Below, piece after piece: positions 1 to 10,268 of a DNA stretch of 64,000 bases. Each line of letters opens with the position of its first letter. Position 1 is the stretch's first letter. This DNA comes from Rhodothalassiaceae bacterium (GTDB lineage: Bacteria; Pseudomonadota; Alphaproteobacteria; Sphingomonadales; Rhodothalassiaceae), in contig JBHJGS010000008.1 of the NCBI GenBank assembly GCA_050331575.1, positions 6,754 to 70,753 of the forward strand, in the 5' to 3' direction. The notes under the pieces are model-generated. The model saw nothing but the letters and a program-made list of their open reading frames with translations, was not told where the DNA came from and did not search any database. Both the position numbers and the translations under genes were made by a program.

Positions 1-2118
1 TGGAAATCGACCGACGGCGGCGAAACCTGGACGGAGATGCGCCCGCCGCATGGCGACAATCACGATATGTGGATCCATCCGGACAATCCGGAGCATTTCG
101 TCCAGGCCAATGACGGCGGGGCGACGATCACCTTTAATGGTGGCAAGACCTGGTCGACCCAGTTCAATCAGCCGACCGTGGAGATCTATCAGGTCGAGGT
201 CGACGACCAATATCCTTACTGGCTCTATGGCGGCCAGCAAGACAATGGCACGACCATCTCGGTGCCGAGCATGGCGGCGGTGCCGGTGCAGCACAAAGTG
301 TCCTATCTGATGCACACAGGCGGCTGCGAAACCGGCCCGGCGGTGCCCAAGCCGGGCAATGCCAATATCATATACGCCAATTGCAAGGGCCGCTTCGGCG
401 TCTACGACAAACGCACCGGCCAGGAAAAATCCTATTGGGTCGGCGCGGTCTATATGTACGGCCACAATCCAAAGGACCTGCCCTATCGGTTCCAGCGCGT
501 GTCGCCGATCCATGTCTCGCCGCACGATCCAGACACGGTCTATCACGCCTCGCAATATGTCCACCGCACCCGCGATGACGGCCGCACCTGGGAGACGATC
601 TCGCCGGACCTCACCGCCAATGAGCCGGACAAGCAGGTCATCTCCGGCCAGCCGATCACGCGGGACATCACCGGCGAGGAGATCTACTCCACCATCTATT
701 CCCTGCGCGAATCCCCGGTCGAGGCCGGCGTGATCTGGGTCGGCGCCAATGACGGGCCGGTGCATGTCACCCGCGACGGCGGTGAGAGCTGGACGGACGT
801 GACACCCAAGGGCCTTCCCAAGGGCGGCCGCGTCGATGCCGTCGCCCCCTCGCCCCACGATGCGGCCAAGGCCTATATCTCCGTGCTGCGCTACCAGCTG
901 GGCGACTGGCAGCCCTATATTTACCGGACGGAGGATTATGGCCGCAGCTGGACCCGCCTGACCGACGGCCGCAACGGCATCCCCGCCGACACGCCGACCC
1001 GGGTCGTGCGCGAGGATCCCGAACGCGAGGGCCTGCTGTTCGCCGGCACCGAATATGGCGTCTATGTCTCCATGGATGACGGCAAGCGCTGGCACGCGTT
1101 TCAGCAAAATCTGCCGGTGACCCCGGTGACCGACATCAAGATCCACCGCGGCGATATGGTGCTGTCGACCATGGGCCGAGGTTTTTGGGTGCTCGATGAC
1201 ATCACGGCGCTGCGCCAGCCGGCGTTCGAGCAGCAGGGCGAGGATCTGGCCTTGTTCCAGCCCAAGCCCGCCTATCGCTACCGCAACACCTTCCAGGATG
1301 CCTCCGGCGTGCCGGATTATCCGCGCGCCTTCGTGGCGGTGGACTATTATCTGCCCGACGGCGGCGAAGGCCCGGTGCGGCTGGAAATCCGCGATGGCGA
1401 GGGCCGCTTGGTGACGGCCTTCACCAGCGAGGGTGCCGCCACCTCTGACGCTGGCTCTGACGCCGGCTCTGACGCCGACAGCGCTCAGGCCGGCCGGGAT
1501 ATGGCCACCGGCGAGATCACCTATCTAAGCGATGAGCGGCTCAGCGAGGCGCCGGGCATGCATCGCTTCCGCTGGGACATGACCCATCAGGGCCCCTGGC
1601 ACGAAGAGTCCGACCGCCGCCATCTGAACGGCCCCATGGTGGCCCCGGGCACCTATGACCTCACGCTCAGCCGCGGCGACCGGTCGGTCAGCCAGAGCGT
1701 GGAGGTGCGCGCCGACCCGCGCGTGCTGCGCCACGGTACCACCAAGGAGGATATCCAGGCGCAGATCGCCTTGTTGCTGGACATCCGGGACCTGCTCAGC
1801 GAAGCGCGCCAATTCACCGCCGACCTGGAACAAGAACACGCGACGCTAAGCGAGGCCAAGTCTGGCGAGCAGGCGGATCGCGCCCGGCTGACCGCCGTGG
1901 AAACGGCCTTGTCCAAGGTCAAGACCGAGGACGAGGGCTTCTATCAACAACCGATGCTGGTCGATCAGGTGCGCTACCTTTACGGCATGCTGAATGATGC
2001 CGACCAGGCGCCGGGACAGGACGCGGTCGAGCGCTATGAAACCTTGCGCCAGGACTTCCAGGCGGTGCAGTCACAGCTCGCCTCTGGCGCCCCTGGCCCG
2101 GACAGCTCCGGACAGTAG
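1..2118 (+). CDS. BNR/Asp-box (sortilin/VPS10-type) repeat glycosyl-hydrolase-like protein, 5-prime end outside window
   Basis: Frame 1 is open from nt 1 ([13 protein letters not shown]...). Repeated SxDxGxTW Asp-box motifs ([48 protein letters not shown]). High GC3. Stop at 2116-2118. Confidence 0.8.
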   Translation, partial: WKSTDGGETWTEMRPPHGDNHDMWIHPDNPEHFVQANDGGATITFNGGKTWSTQFNQPTVEIYQVEVDDQYPYWLYGGQQDNGTTISVPSMAAVPVQHKVSYLMHTGGCETGPAVPKPGNANIIYANCKGRFGVYDKRTGQEKSYWVGAVYMYGHNPKDLPYRFQRVSPIHVSPHDPDTVYHASQYVHRTRDDGRTWETISPDLTANEPDKQVISGQPITRDITGEEIYSTIYSLRESPVEAGVIWVGANDGPVHVTRDGGESWTDVTPKGLPKGGRVDAVAPSPHDAAKAYISVLRYQLGDWQPYIYRTEDYGRSWTRLTDGRNGIPADTPTRVVREDPEREGLLFAGTEYGVYVSMDDGKRWHAFQQNLPVTPVTDIKIHRGDMVLSTMGRGFWVLDDITALRQPAFEQQGEDLALFQPKPAYRYRNTFQDASGVPDYPRAFVAVDYYLPDGGEGPVRLEIRDGEGRLVTAFTSEGAATSDAGSDAGSDADSAQAGRDMATGEITYLSDERLSEAPGMHRFRWDMTHQGPWHEESDRRHLNGPMVAPGTYDLTLSRGDRSVSQSVEVRADPRVLRHGTTKEDIQAQIALLLDIRDLLSEARQFTADLEQEHATLSEAKSGEQADRARLTAVETALSKVKTEDEGFYQQPMLVDQVRYLYGMLNDADQAPGQDAVERYETLRQDFQAVQSQLASGAPGPDSSGQ

Positions 2119-2250
2119 CGAGCGCGCGCAATCATCGCCGAAGCCCAGGGATCAGCCGGTAAGCGGCTGAGCTTGCTGTCGGCGGACGGCGACCGGGCCG
2201 TCGCCAAACTATCCTCTCACCGGTTTTGCCTGGCCTGATCGCCAGAGGCC

Positions 2251-2490
2251 TCAGCTCGGCCCTGAGCGCCCGCCGCGCAATAGCCAACGATAAACGCCCA
2301 GGCAATTGATCCCGAACAGAACCAGATTCTGGCTGCCAAGTGCTGGCTCGCCTTCGATCCAGGCGGCGGTGATCCAGGCCAGTGAGGACAACACGAAGAC
2401 GGCAAAGCCCCAGCCGGTGACCCGCGCCCCGGCATTGATCGAAACCATCAGCGCCGCCACCATGCCGGTGCCAGACGCCAGCCATTCCAC
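2251..2490 (-). CDS. small hydrophobic (2-3 TM) protein, unknown function
   Basis: 79-aa ORF with a GTG start. The translation is strongly hydrophobic (GMVAALMVSINAG..., GWGFAVFVLSSLAWITAAW, NLVLFGINCLGVY) and third positions are GC-rich. No clear Shine-Dalgarno. Confidence 0.4.
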   Translation of the reverse strand: MEWLASGTGMVAALMVSINAGARVTGWGFAVFVLSSLAWITAAWIEGEPALGSQNLVLFGINCLGVYRWLLRGGRSGPS

Positions 2491-2573
2491 GATCGAGCTG
2501 GAAATCGTTCAATCCTTATTGTTTCGGAGATTGCGCCGGTCAGCGGTTGCCGGCCGACAGCCTGTGTCCCTCT

Positions 2574-2599
2574 GCAACTCCGAAGCCCTCCCATGCGTT
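2574..2599 (+). promoter_or_regulatory. possible EcfG-type (alphaproteobacterial general stress sigma) promoter GCAAC-N17-CGTT
   Basis: GCAAC at 2574-2578, a 17-nt spacer, then CGTT at 2596-2599, about 70 nt upstream of the PRC-barrel ATG. The published consensus is GGAAC-N16/17-CGTT, so the -35 element has one mismatch. Confidence 0.3.
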
Positions 2600-2667
2600 C
2601 CCCTGACGAGCGACGCTGCTGGGTGCGCCCGGGCAGCCGACCGTCTATGCCAACGGGAGATGACCAA

Positions 2668-3909
2668 ATGCGCAAAGCGCTGATGCTTTCAACTTGCACC
2701 GCCGCCTTGCTGTTGACCGGGCCACTTGCCGCCCAACAGCAGCGCGAGACCCAGACCCAACAGTCGCAAACCCGTCAAGAGGACCGCCGCCAGACCCAGC
2801 AACGATCCGGCAAGGACTGGTCGCAACGGGATCGCATCCGGGTCGTCTCCGCGGACCGGCTGATGGGCCAGGCGATCAAGGATGATCGGGATGAGACCAT
2901 CGCGGATATCGACAGCGTGCTGATCGACCAGACGCAGAACAGCATTCGCTTTTTGGTCGTCGATGTCGATGAGGCGGATCTGGAGCAAGATCGCCAGCAG
3001 GCGCAGGGGCGGCAACGCGGCCTGGACCGCGACGGCAGCCAGGCGCGCCAGGGCGATCAGCGCCTGGCGCAGGAACAGCGGGAACAGCGGGGCACGCTGG
3101 TGCCGCTGCCGTGGGAGGCCGTGACGTTTCAGCGCGATGGCCGCGACATGACGGTGCGCGTCGACCGCCAGCGCCTGGCAAGCGCCCAACGCTTCACCGA
3201 AGACCAGTTGGACCAGGCGGTCGACCAGCAGATGATCACCGCCATCTACAATCATTGGGTGCCGATGGATGCCCTGCAGGACGGCGCGCAGGCCCAGCGC
3301 CAAAACCGGGGACAAAATCGGAACCAGGATCGCGCCCAGGATCGGGGCCAGGATCGGAGCGGGGGCCAGGGTCAAAGCGACAATCGCGAGCAACGGACCA
3401 ATCGCGCCGATCAACAAGGCAGCGCGGATCGCATGCGCCAGCGCGAGGGCCAGGCCCAGTCCGAACCGCAGGAGGGCCGGCAGGCGCTGACACGGTCCGA
3501 CGGCGACACCACCTATCTGTGGATGGGCCATAGTTTTGTTTCAGTTCTGCTGCCCGGCCTGAAGAGCTTCGCCGAGCTGGACGGAACCGATGTCTATGGC
3601 AGCGACGGCAAAGATTTAGGTGAGATCGAAGACGTGATCATCGATCGAGAGACCGGCCGTATCGCCTTTGCCACCATCTCTCACGGTGGCTTTCTGGGGG
3701 TCGGCCAAGCCGTCTCACCGGTACCGCTGGCGGCGCTGCAATATCAGCAGGAGGAAAATCATTATCGCTTGGCGGTGTCGGCCGACACATTGGAAGGCAT
3801 GGACCATTTTCAGCGCGGCGACACACCCCGGTCCATCCGCACCGCTGACTTGCGCAAATTATACCGCGAGTTTGGCGCGGCCATGGACACGCGTGGGCAG
3901 GGCGGCTAA
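2668..3909 (+). CDS. secreted PRC-barrel domain protein with Q/R/D-rich low-complexity linkers
   Basis: ATG at 2668 preceded by GGGAGA. Signal-peptide-like N-terminus (MRKALMLSTCTAALLLTGPLAAQ). Two PRC-barrel-like segments (LMGQAIKDDRDETIADIDSVLID... and GTDVYGSDGKDLGEIEDVIIDRETGRIAFATISHGGFLGVG). A 12-nt tandem repeat near 3320-3358 encodes NQDR/AQDR/GQDR. Confidence 0.75.
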   Translation: MRKALMLSTCTAALLLTGPLAAQQQRETQTQQSQTRQEDRRQTQQRSGKDWSQRDRIRVVSADRLMGQAIKDDRDETIADIDSVLIDQTQNSIRFLVVDVDEADLEQDRQQAQGRQRGLDRDGSQARQGDQRLAQEQREQRGTLVPLPWEAVTFQRDGRDMTVRVDRQRLASAQRFTEDQLDQAVDQQMITAIYNHWVPMDALQDGAQAQRQNRGQNRNQDRAQDRGQDRSGGQGQSDNREQRTNRADQQGSADRMRQREGQAQSEPQEGRQALTRSDGDTTYLWMGHSFVSVLLPGLKSFAELDGTDVYGSDGKDLGEIEDVIIDRETGRIAFATISHGGFLGVGQAVSPVPLAALQYQQEENHYRLAVSADTLEGMDHFQRGDTPRSIRTADLRKLYREFGAAMDTRGQGG

Positions 3910-4084
3910 GGTCTTATTCGATCAATCGCGATCGCGCGTGACCGGATGAATAGGCCCGCCTTTTATGGGAGAAGACACCTTATCCGACCGAATGGTATCG
4001 CATAGCGAGTCCAACCGGTTAGATGGTGCCCGAAGGACGAGCCAGATCGGTGGCTAAACGGCCCGCTCCGCGTGTGAAATGGGG

Positions 4085-4117
4085 CGCCCCGCCGCATTGA
4101 CGGCGGGGCGTTTGTGT
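4085..4117 (+). terminator. rho-independent terminator
   Basis: CGCCCCGCCG (4085-4094), loop CATTGA, CGGCGGGGCG (4101-4110), followed by TTTGTGT. Confidence 0.7.
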
Positions 4118-4185
4118 ATCATTAGGCTGCTTGAAACAACACAGACGACGAAAAACAAGTGTCCAGAACGGTTGGGGCTCCCGCG

Positions 4186-4554
4186 ATGGCAGAATTGGTA
4201 GGCAAACGTATCCTCTTATTGGAAGACGAATTCCTGGTCGCGGAAATGGCCAGCGACATGTTGCAAGAACTCGGAGCGAAAGTCGTTGGGCCGGCGCTTC
4301 GCCTCGCCGATGGCTTGGCTATGGCGCGATCTGAGGCGCTTGATGCCGCTTTGCTCGATGTCAATATCGCGGGCGAACGCAGCGAGCCAGTGGCAGCGGC
4401 TCTGGCTGAGCGATGCATTCCGTTTGTCTTTGCCACCGGTTATGGCAGGCAGGGGTTGGCGACCACCGGCAGGCCGGTCTTGGATAAGCCCTACACGCGA
4501 CCACAGTTGGAGCGTAGCTTGACAATGCTGCTGAACGGCGGCGGCAAGGGCTGA
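4186..4554 (+). CDS. single-domain response regulator, PFxFATGY (FAT GUY, SdrG-like) family
   Basis: Receiver domain only: KRILLLEDEFLV..., acceptor Asp in AALLDVNI, and the motif CIPFVFATGYG. ATG at 4186 preferred over the track GTG at 4159 because of the upstream GGGG. Confidence 0.85.
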   Translation: MAELVGKRILLLEDEFLVAEMASDMLQELGAKVVGPALRLADGLAMARSEALDAALLDVNIAGERSEPVAAALAERCIPFVFATGYGRQGLATTGRPVLDKPYTRPQLERSLTMLLNGGGKG

Positions 4555-4581
4555 GCTTTTCCCTGCGTTCGGTGCGGAAAG

Positions 4582-4616
4582 GGAAGCGGTGCAATGGCGA
4601 CACCGCTTCCTTTTTT
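4582..4616 (+). terminator. rho-independent terminator between convergent genes
   Basis: GGAAGCGGTG (4582-4591), 9-nt loop, CACCGCTTCC (4601-4610), then TTTTTT (4611-4616). Confidence 0.8.
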
Positions 4617-4623
4617 ACCGCGC

Positions 4624-7374
4624 TTATTGGCCGGAAGAGCTCGCAGCCGGCGCTTGTTCCAGCACCTCGATGGTGCCGATGCCCAGCTCTTCCAGACCAG
4701 GGCGGATCTTGGCGACGTCGCCGATGATCACCCAGGTCAGCTTCTCCGGCTGCACCACATCCTGCGCCGCTTGCTGGATCGTTTCGGTATCCAGCGCCTG
4801 ATAACGGTCTTTCAAGGTGGTGGCATAATCCAACGACCGGCCAAGACTGGCATTGTTGGTCATATGGTTCAGCACGGCTCCGGCGGTTTCGAACCGGCCC
4901 GGCAGCGAGCGGACATTGTTCTTCACCGTCTTGTCCAATTCCGCCTCGGTGGCTGGGTTTTCGCTGCGAAAGGCTTCCAACTCGGCCAGGATTTCCTGCA
5001 CCGACTCCTTGGTCTTGTCGGTTTGCACCGGCGCGAACACCATCATCGGCCGCTGACCGCGCGCATCCACCAGAAAGGTGAAGGCGCCGTAGGACCAGCC
5101 TTTGTCCTCCCGCAGATTCATGTTCACGCGCGAGGTGAAGGTGCCGCCCAGAATGTCGTTCATCGCCTGGATCGCCACGTCCTGCTCGCTGGCCGAGGAC
5201 GGCGCCAGATGGCCCGCCAGGATCATCGACTGCACCGAATCCGGCCGGTCGATCAGATAGACCGTCGCCTGCTCCGGCAATGAGACTTGATCGACCTGCT
5301 TGGACGGCGCCTGAGCGTCCGGCGCCCGCCAGCTGCCGAAGGCCTCCTCCAGGATCGGCATGATCTGGTCCAGGCTGGTGTCGCCAACGACGAACAGGCG
5401 GGCTTTGTCCGGGCGCAGCCAATTGCGCTGGAACGCGGTCAAGTCGTCCCGGCTTAAGGCCGTCACCGACTCAATCGTGCCCGAGCCGGTCAGCGGCACG
5501 GCATAGGCATGATCCTCGCCGTACAGCAGCGGCGGCAGGGTGCGCAGAGCGATGGACACCGGCTGGTTCATTTCCTGGCGGATGCTGGCCAGCCGCTGCT
5601 GCCGCAGCCGATCGATCTCCGCTTCCGGGAAGGTGGCGTTGCGGACCACATCGGCCATCAGCTGCACCGACGGCTCCAGCGTGCGCTTCAGGGTGGTCAG
5701 CCCGACGCTGGAAGTGTCCAGGCTGGACCCGGTGCTTAGCTCCGCCCCCAGCTCTTCCAGCTCCGCCGCAATTTCCAGCGCGTCGCGCTTCTTGGTGCCT
5801 TCGTCCAGCATTTCCAGGGTAAAGCTGGCAACGCCCAGGCCGGCCTGATTATCCGCGGCATAGCCCGCATCGAACAGCAGCTCCAGCTCAACCACCGGCA
5901 CGGCATCGCGCTGGGCCAGCACAACCTCTAGGCCGTTGGACAGCTCCGCGGTCTGGACCTTTGGGAAGGTCAGGTCCGGGGTTTGTGCCACCTCCGGCAG
6001 AGCCGATCGGTCCGCCCCGCCGCTTGCCGCGGAGGGATTGCCGTAGGGCACGACGGTCAGCTGGTAGAAGGGCCGGCTCATCCAGTCATTCGCCTCGGAC
6101 TTGACATCGCGCGCCGTGGCCGAACGATAGCGCTCCAACGCGGTGAGCACGAAGGCCGGGTCCCCGGCATACAGCTCGCCGGAGGCCAGGGTCACGGCCT
6201 TGCCGCCGAAGCCGCCGACCTGCTCCAGGCCCTGGATGGTGTCGAATTCGATCTTGGTAACGGCGCGCGTCAGTTCGTCCCGGGTCGGTCCGCTCTGCAG
6301 GAAGTCTGCAATCACCTCATCGACCGCCGCGGCGACCTCTTTCGGGTCCTCGCCCTGTTTCACGTCCACGGTGATGCCGACCAGGCTAGTCAACTCCAGA
6401 TCCAGGAAGAAGGAAGCGGCGTTGGTCGCGATCTGCTTGTCATAGACCAGATCCTTGTACAGGCGCGAATTCTTGCCGTCGCCCAACACATCGGCGGCCA
6501 GCTGCAGCTTTTGTGCGGTTTCCGTGGTGCGGCCCGGAGCGGTCCAGATCCGGTACAGCCGTGCCTGGGGCACCCGGTCCTGCATGGTCTCATAAATATT
6601 GCTGTCCAGCTCCGGCACCCAGCCGTCGACATCGCTCAAGGGCGGGCCCGGCGGCACATCGCCGAAATATTTCTCCATCAGGGGCCGAGCCTCTTCGGCG
6701 TCGATATCCCCGGCAAGCACGACGATGGCATTGCCGGCGCCGTAATAGGTTCGGAACCAGTCTTTCACATCCTCCAAGGACGCGGCATTCAGATCCTCCA
6801 TGGAGCCGATCACCGTGTGATCATACGGGTGGCCCTCAGGGAAGACCTGGTCGACGATCTGATTGAACACGCGGCCATAGGGCTGGTTTTCGCCCTGGCG
6901 CTTTTCGTTCTGCACAACGCCGCGCTGCTCATCCAGCTTGTCCTGGGTGATCGCGCCGAGCAGATGGCCCATGCGGTCCGATTCCAGCCACAGCGCCAGA
7001 TCCAGTGCCGGTGTCGGCACCGTTTCGAAATAGTTTGTGCGGTCGAAATTGGTCGTGCCGTTCAGGCCGGTGGCGCCGACCTGCTCCAGGGGCTCGAAGA
7101 ATTCGCCGTCATAATTCTCCGAGCCGTTGAACATCAGATGCTCGAACAGATGGGCGAAACCGGAGCGGCCGTCCGGCTCGTCGGCCGAGCCGACATCATA
7201 CCAGACCGCAACCGCTACCACCGGCGCTTTACGGTCTTCGTGAACAATCACTCTTAAGCCATTGTCGAGCGTAAATTTTTCGTAATCGAGCGCGATCTCA
7301 TCGGTCTGCGCAAGTGCCGGCAGCACCAGGGCGGTGCTGAGCAGGCCTATGACAGCCAGAATTGTCCGGGTCAT
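4624..7374 (-). CDS. M16 (insulinase/pitrilysin, PqqL-like) zinc peptidase, double-length, secreted
   Basis: 916 aa with signal peptide MTRTILAVIGLLSTALVLPALAQ. Inverted zinc motif HLFEH (HxxEH) near the N-terminus. A second M16-like half follows. Confidence 0.9.
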   Translation of the reverse strand: MTRTILAVIGLLSTALVLPALAQTDEIALDYEKFTLDNGLRVIVHEDRKAPVVAVAVWYDVGSADEPDGRSGFAHLFEHLMFNGSENYDGEFFEPLEQVGATGLNGTTNFDRTNYFETVPTPALDLALWLESDRMGHLLGAITQDKLDEQRGVVQNEKRQGENQPYGRVFNQIVDQVFPEGHPYDHTVIGSMEDLNAASLEDVKDWFRTYYGAGNAIVVLAGDIDAEEARPLMEKYFGDVPPGPPLSDVDGWVPELDSNIYETMQDRVPQARLYRIWTAPGRTTETAQKLQLAADVLGDGKNSRLYKDLVYDKQIATNAASFFLDLELTSLVGITVDVKQGEDPKEVAAAVDEVIADFLQSGPTRDELTRAVTKIEFDTIQGLEQVGGFGGKAVTLASGELYAGDPAFVLTALERYRSATARDVKSEANDWMSRPFYQLTVVPYGNPSAASGGADRSALPEVAQTPDLTFPKVQTAELSNGLEVVLAQRDAVPVVELELLFDAGYAADNQAGLGVASFTLEMLDEGTKKRDALEIAAELEELGAELSTGSSLDTSSVGLTTLKRTLEPSVQLMADVVRNATFPEAEIDRLRQQRLASIRQEMNQPVSIALRTLPPLLYGEDHAYAVPLTGSGTIESVTALSRDDLTAFQRNWLRPDKARLFVVGDTSLDQIMPILEEAFGSWRAPDAQAPSKQVDQVSLPEQATVYLIDRPDSVQSMILAGHLAPSSASEQDVAIQAMNDILGGTFTSRVNMNLREDKGWSYGAFTFLVDARGQRPMMVFAPVQTDKTKESVQEILAELEAFRSENPATEAELDKTVKNNVRSLPGRFETAGAVLNHMTNNASLGRSLDYATTLKDRYQALDTETIQQAAQDVVQPEKLTWVIIGDVAKIRPGLEELGIGTIEVLEQAPAASSSGQ

Positions 7375-7455
7375 GATGCTCCCTCTCCCATTGCCTGAAG
7401 GCTTTCAGCCTTGCACAAGGTAAGCCGGAAAGGGACCTCAGCGAAAGTTTAAAGC

Positions 7456-8412
7456 TTAACTCAGGCGTTCCAGCGCACGGCCGAGGCCATCCAGATCGGA
7501 ATCCAGTTGCCGGGCGCGTTCATAGGCCTCGCGGGCCAGCTCAAGCTCGCCGCGCTGTTCGAAAATCCGCCCGAGATAAAAATGTGCCTGCGCCCGATAA
7601 TCCCGCCCGCGCAGGCAGGTGAATCCCTTCAGAAAGTCCAGCAGAGCGGCCTCGCCTTCGTCCAGCCGCTGCCCTGCCATCGCCGCGGCGCGACCGAACT
7701 GATAGGGCAGTTCGCGATCCTGTGGGGCAGCCTGACGCCACTGGTCCAGATAGCCGAACGCCGCATCAAACTCCTCGCCGGCCAGATGGAATCGGGTGGC
7801 GATGCCGATCAGATCGGGGTCTTGACCAACCGCCACGGCCTTGGCGATGTGCCCGGCGGCTTCGGACCGGTCATGCTCTTCGGCCTCGACATAATAGAGA
7901 AAATGATATTTTGCCCGGTCCAGTTCGGCCACCTTGTCCACCAGTTCCATGCCCTTGGCGTCGGAGCCGCCGGCGATGCCCGGGGCGCGCAAATAGAATT
8001 GCGCCAGGCACTGCATGGCGGTGGCATTGGCCGGGTCGCGCGCCAGATCCTGTTCACACGCCGCGCGCATGCGCTTGGCGATGCCCATCTTGCCGAACAG
8101 ACCGGCCTCGCGGATCTGGCCGATATAGACGCGGGTGCGCAGCTCTTGCAGATTCTGCCGGTCCGGGGCCTTGTTCAGCAGCGCGTCGACCAGCGTCAAC
8201 GCCTTATCGAACTGCCCATGCATATAATATAGGTGCGCCAGATCCACCGCCGCGGACCATTGAACCTTGGCGCGGTCTTCCAGCTTGGCCAATTCCTCGG
8301 CATAGGCGTCGGCCGGTTCGTTCAGGGTGCGATATCCGTCCGCCTGCGCGCCGATCGCGGCCCACACACACAGGAAGAACAACAAGCATCGCATCATCGA
8401 CCATCCGATCAT
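7456..8412 (-). CDS. TPR-like repeat protein, secreted
   Basis: Signal-like MIGWSMMRCLLFFLCVWAAIGAQA and helical repeat content (AHLYYMHGQFDKAL, AHFYLGRIFEQRGELELAREAYERARQLD). Start is uncertain: 8412, 8397 or the track's 8490. Confidence 0.7.
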   Translation of the reverse strand: MIGWSMMRCLLFFLCVWAAIGAQADGYRTLNEPADAYAEELAKLEDRAKVQWSAAVDLAHLYYMHGQFDKALTLVDALLNKAPDRQNLQELRTRVYIGQIREAGLFGKMGIAKRMRAACEQDLARDPANATAMQCLAQFYLRAPGIAGGSDAKGMELVDKVAELDRAKYHFLYYVEAEEHDRSEAAGHIAKAVAVGQDPDLIGIATRFHLAGEEFDAAFGYLDQWRQAAPQDRELPYQFGRAAAMAGQRLDEGEAALLDFLKGFTCLRGRDYRAQAHFYLGRIFEQRGELELAREAYERARQLDSDLDGLGRALERLS

Positions 8413-8704
8413 TGAGGACACCCCGGCGTCTGCTTCCGCCGGGGAAAGATCCGCTGCAAAACACACAGGGCCTGACGACGCAATGAACAAATCAGTTATA
8501 TTTGAGTGACAATTTCCCGGACTTTCTTGGAGAATGCGTGTTTAGGTAGCGGCCCAGCGTGCCTGCAGGCGTTGAGAGATCGACCGTTCATTGTCGTCAG
8601 TGAGCGCGAAATAGACGCTGTCACGGGCTACCGCCGATGCACACGCGCTCATGCTAGCACCGCCTACCTTCCTCTACCGAGCCCCGTTTGCGGTGAAGCG
8701 CCCG

Positions 8705-9706
8705 TCATGGTGCCCGCTGCAGCAGTTCCGCCGCCTGCGGCGCGAAATAGCTGAGCACGCCGGCGGCCCCGGCGCGCTTGAAGGCCAACAGGCTTTCCAG
8801 CATGGCGGCATCTTGGTCCAACGCCCCGGCTTCGGCGGCGCGCACGATCATGGCATATTCACCGGAGACCTGATAGGCGAACACCGGCTTCAGCCGAAGC
8901 GCTGCTACGCGGGCGACTATGTCCAGATAGGGCATGCCCGGCTTCACGATCAGGCTGTCCGCGCCCTCTGCGACATCCTGGGCGACCTCCCATTCCGCCT
9001 CCAGTCCGTTGGCCGGGTCCATCTGATAGGTCTTCTTGTCGCCGGTCAGCTTGGCGCCGGAGCCCACCGCGTCGCGGAACGGCCCATAAAAGCCCGAGGC
9101 ATATTTGGCCGAATAGGCCATGATCTGGACATCGGAAAAGCCCTCGGCATCGAGCGCGGACCGGATCGCGGCCACGCGCCCGTCCATCATGTCCGATGGC
9201 GCGACGATATCAGCGCCGGCGCGCGCCTGCACCACCGCCTGGCCCGCCAGCACCGACACCGTCTCGTCATTCAGGATGCGCCCGTCCGGCGCCATCAGCC
9301 CGTCATGGCCGTGGGTGGTGTAGGGATCCAGCGCGACATCGACGATGACGCCGAGATCAAGCCCGGTGTCCTTGATCGCTGCGGTCGCGCGATTGACCAG
9401 ATTGTCCGGATTGAGCGCCTCAGCACCGTCCTGGCTGCGCCGCTCCGCCGGCGTGTTGGGGAACAGCGCCAGCGCTGGAATGCCCAGATCGGCGGCCCGC
9501 TTGGCGGTCTCGGCGAGGGCGCAGATCGGCAGGCGCTCCACCCCGGGCATGGCCGCAATCGGCTCGGCCGCATCGCCCGCGGTGACGAACAGCGGCCAGA
9601 TCAGATCCGCCGGCGTCATCCGCGTCTCGCGCACCAGGGCGCGGGACCAGGCAGTGGCCCGCGGCCGGCGGAGGCGGTTGATGCGGGCGCTGAACGGATG
9701 GGTCAT
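8705..9706 (-). CDS. hemB: porphobilinogen synthase (delta-aminolevulinate dehydratase)
   Basis: 333 aa, full-length match by eye to HemB (RRPRATAWSRALVRETRMTPADLIWPLFV..., SDMMDGRV, YQVSGEYAM). Confidence 0.95.
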   Translation of the reverse strand: MTHPFSARINRLRRPRATAWSRALVRETRMTPADLIWPLFVTAGDAAEPIAAMPGVERLPICALAETAKRAADLGIPALALFPNTPAERRSQDGAEALNPDNLVNRATAAIKDTGLDLGVIVDVALDPYTTHGHDGLMAPDGRILNDETVSVLAGQAVVQARAGADIVAPSDMMDGRVAAIRSALDAEGFSDVQIMAYSAKYASGFYGPFRDAVGSGAKLTGDKKTYQMDPANGLEAEWEVAQDVAEGADSLIVKPGMPYLDIVARVAALRLKPVFAYQVSGEYAMIVRAAEAGALDQDAAMLESLLAFKRAGAAGVLSYFAPQAAELLQRAP

Positions 9707-9795
9707 GGCGGCGATCCTTCTGCAACGATCCTGGCCCCCATAGTTAGTGACTTTCCCCGCCCGGTGTCCATCACGCTCCGGCCGCGCACAGCTGT

Positions 9796-10076
9796 CGGAA
9801 AGTTAGGCTCCTGCGTCCGCAGGAGCGACGGGACCGCCCTTCCACCACCGCCCGTCACCCCAGCGAACGCTGGGGTCCATCTTCCAGCGCTCCAGCCTGC
9901 ACCACCGCCAGTAAGATAGGCTCCTGCGTGCGCAGGAGCGACGACGCGGGCGCTCACCCCATTCCCCCACGCCCCGTGACCGTCACCCCAGCGAACGCTG
10001 GGGTCCATCTTCCAGCGCTCCTGCCTGCACCGCCGTGGGAAAGATGGGCTCCTGCTTTCGCAGGAGCGACGGGGGG
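9796..10076. repeat. array of about 2.5 copies of a three-hairpin intergenic repeat unit, upstream of mmsA
   Basis: GTCACCCCAGCGAACGCTGGGGTCCATCTT... starts at 9854 and 9982 (128-nt period). GGCTCCTGC-N4-GCAGGAGC hairpins at about 9806, 9929 and 10048. Confidence 0.85.
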
Positions 10077-10268
10077 TATGGGTGCGCGGGAGGGACGGCG
10101 GGGGCGCGGTCGCCGGCGGTGGGCTTGCGAAAGGCTGGCGCAGAAGGCCGTCGCAGAAAGCTGGCGTAGAAGGCCGGCGCGAGAGAGCGTCGCAATGGGG
10201 CCCTTTGCCCGTGCAGCGCAATCCGCTAGAACCCACCCCAAACAGCCGCTTTGGGAAAGGATCAGGTG

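Noticed and set aside
3910-4084. The 175-nt untranslated stretch before the terminator at 4085. I considered it as an SRP (4.5S) RNA or another sRNA because of GGTGCCCGAAGGACGAGCC.
   Set aside because: The conserved SRP domain IV sequence (GGUCCGGAAGGAAGCAGCC with a GNAR loop) is not matched, and the flanks do not fold into the required long hairpin. It is most simply the 3-prime UTR of the PRC-barrel gene. An independent sRNA cannot be excluded without transcript data.
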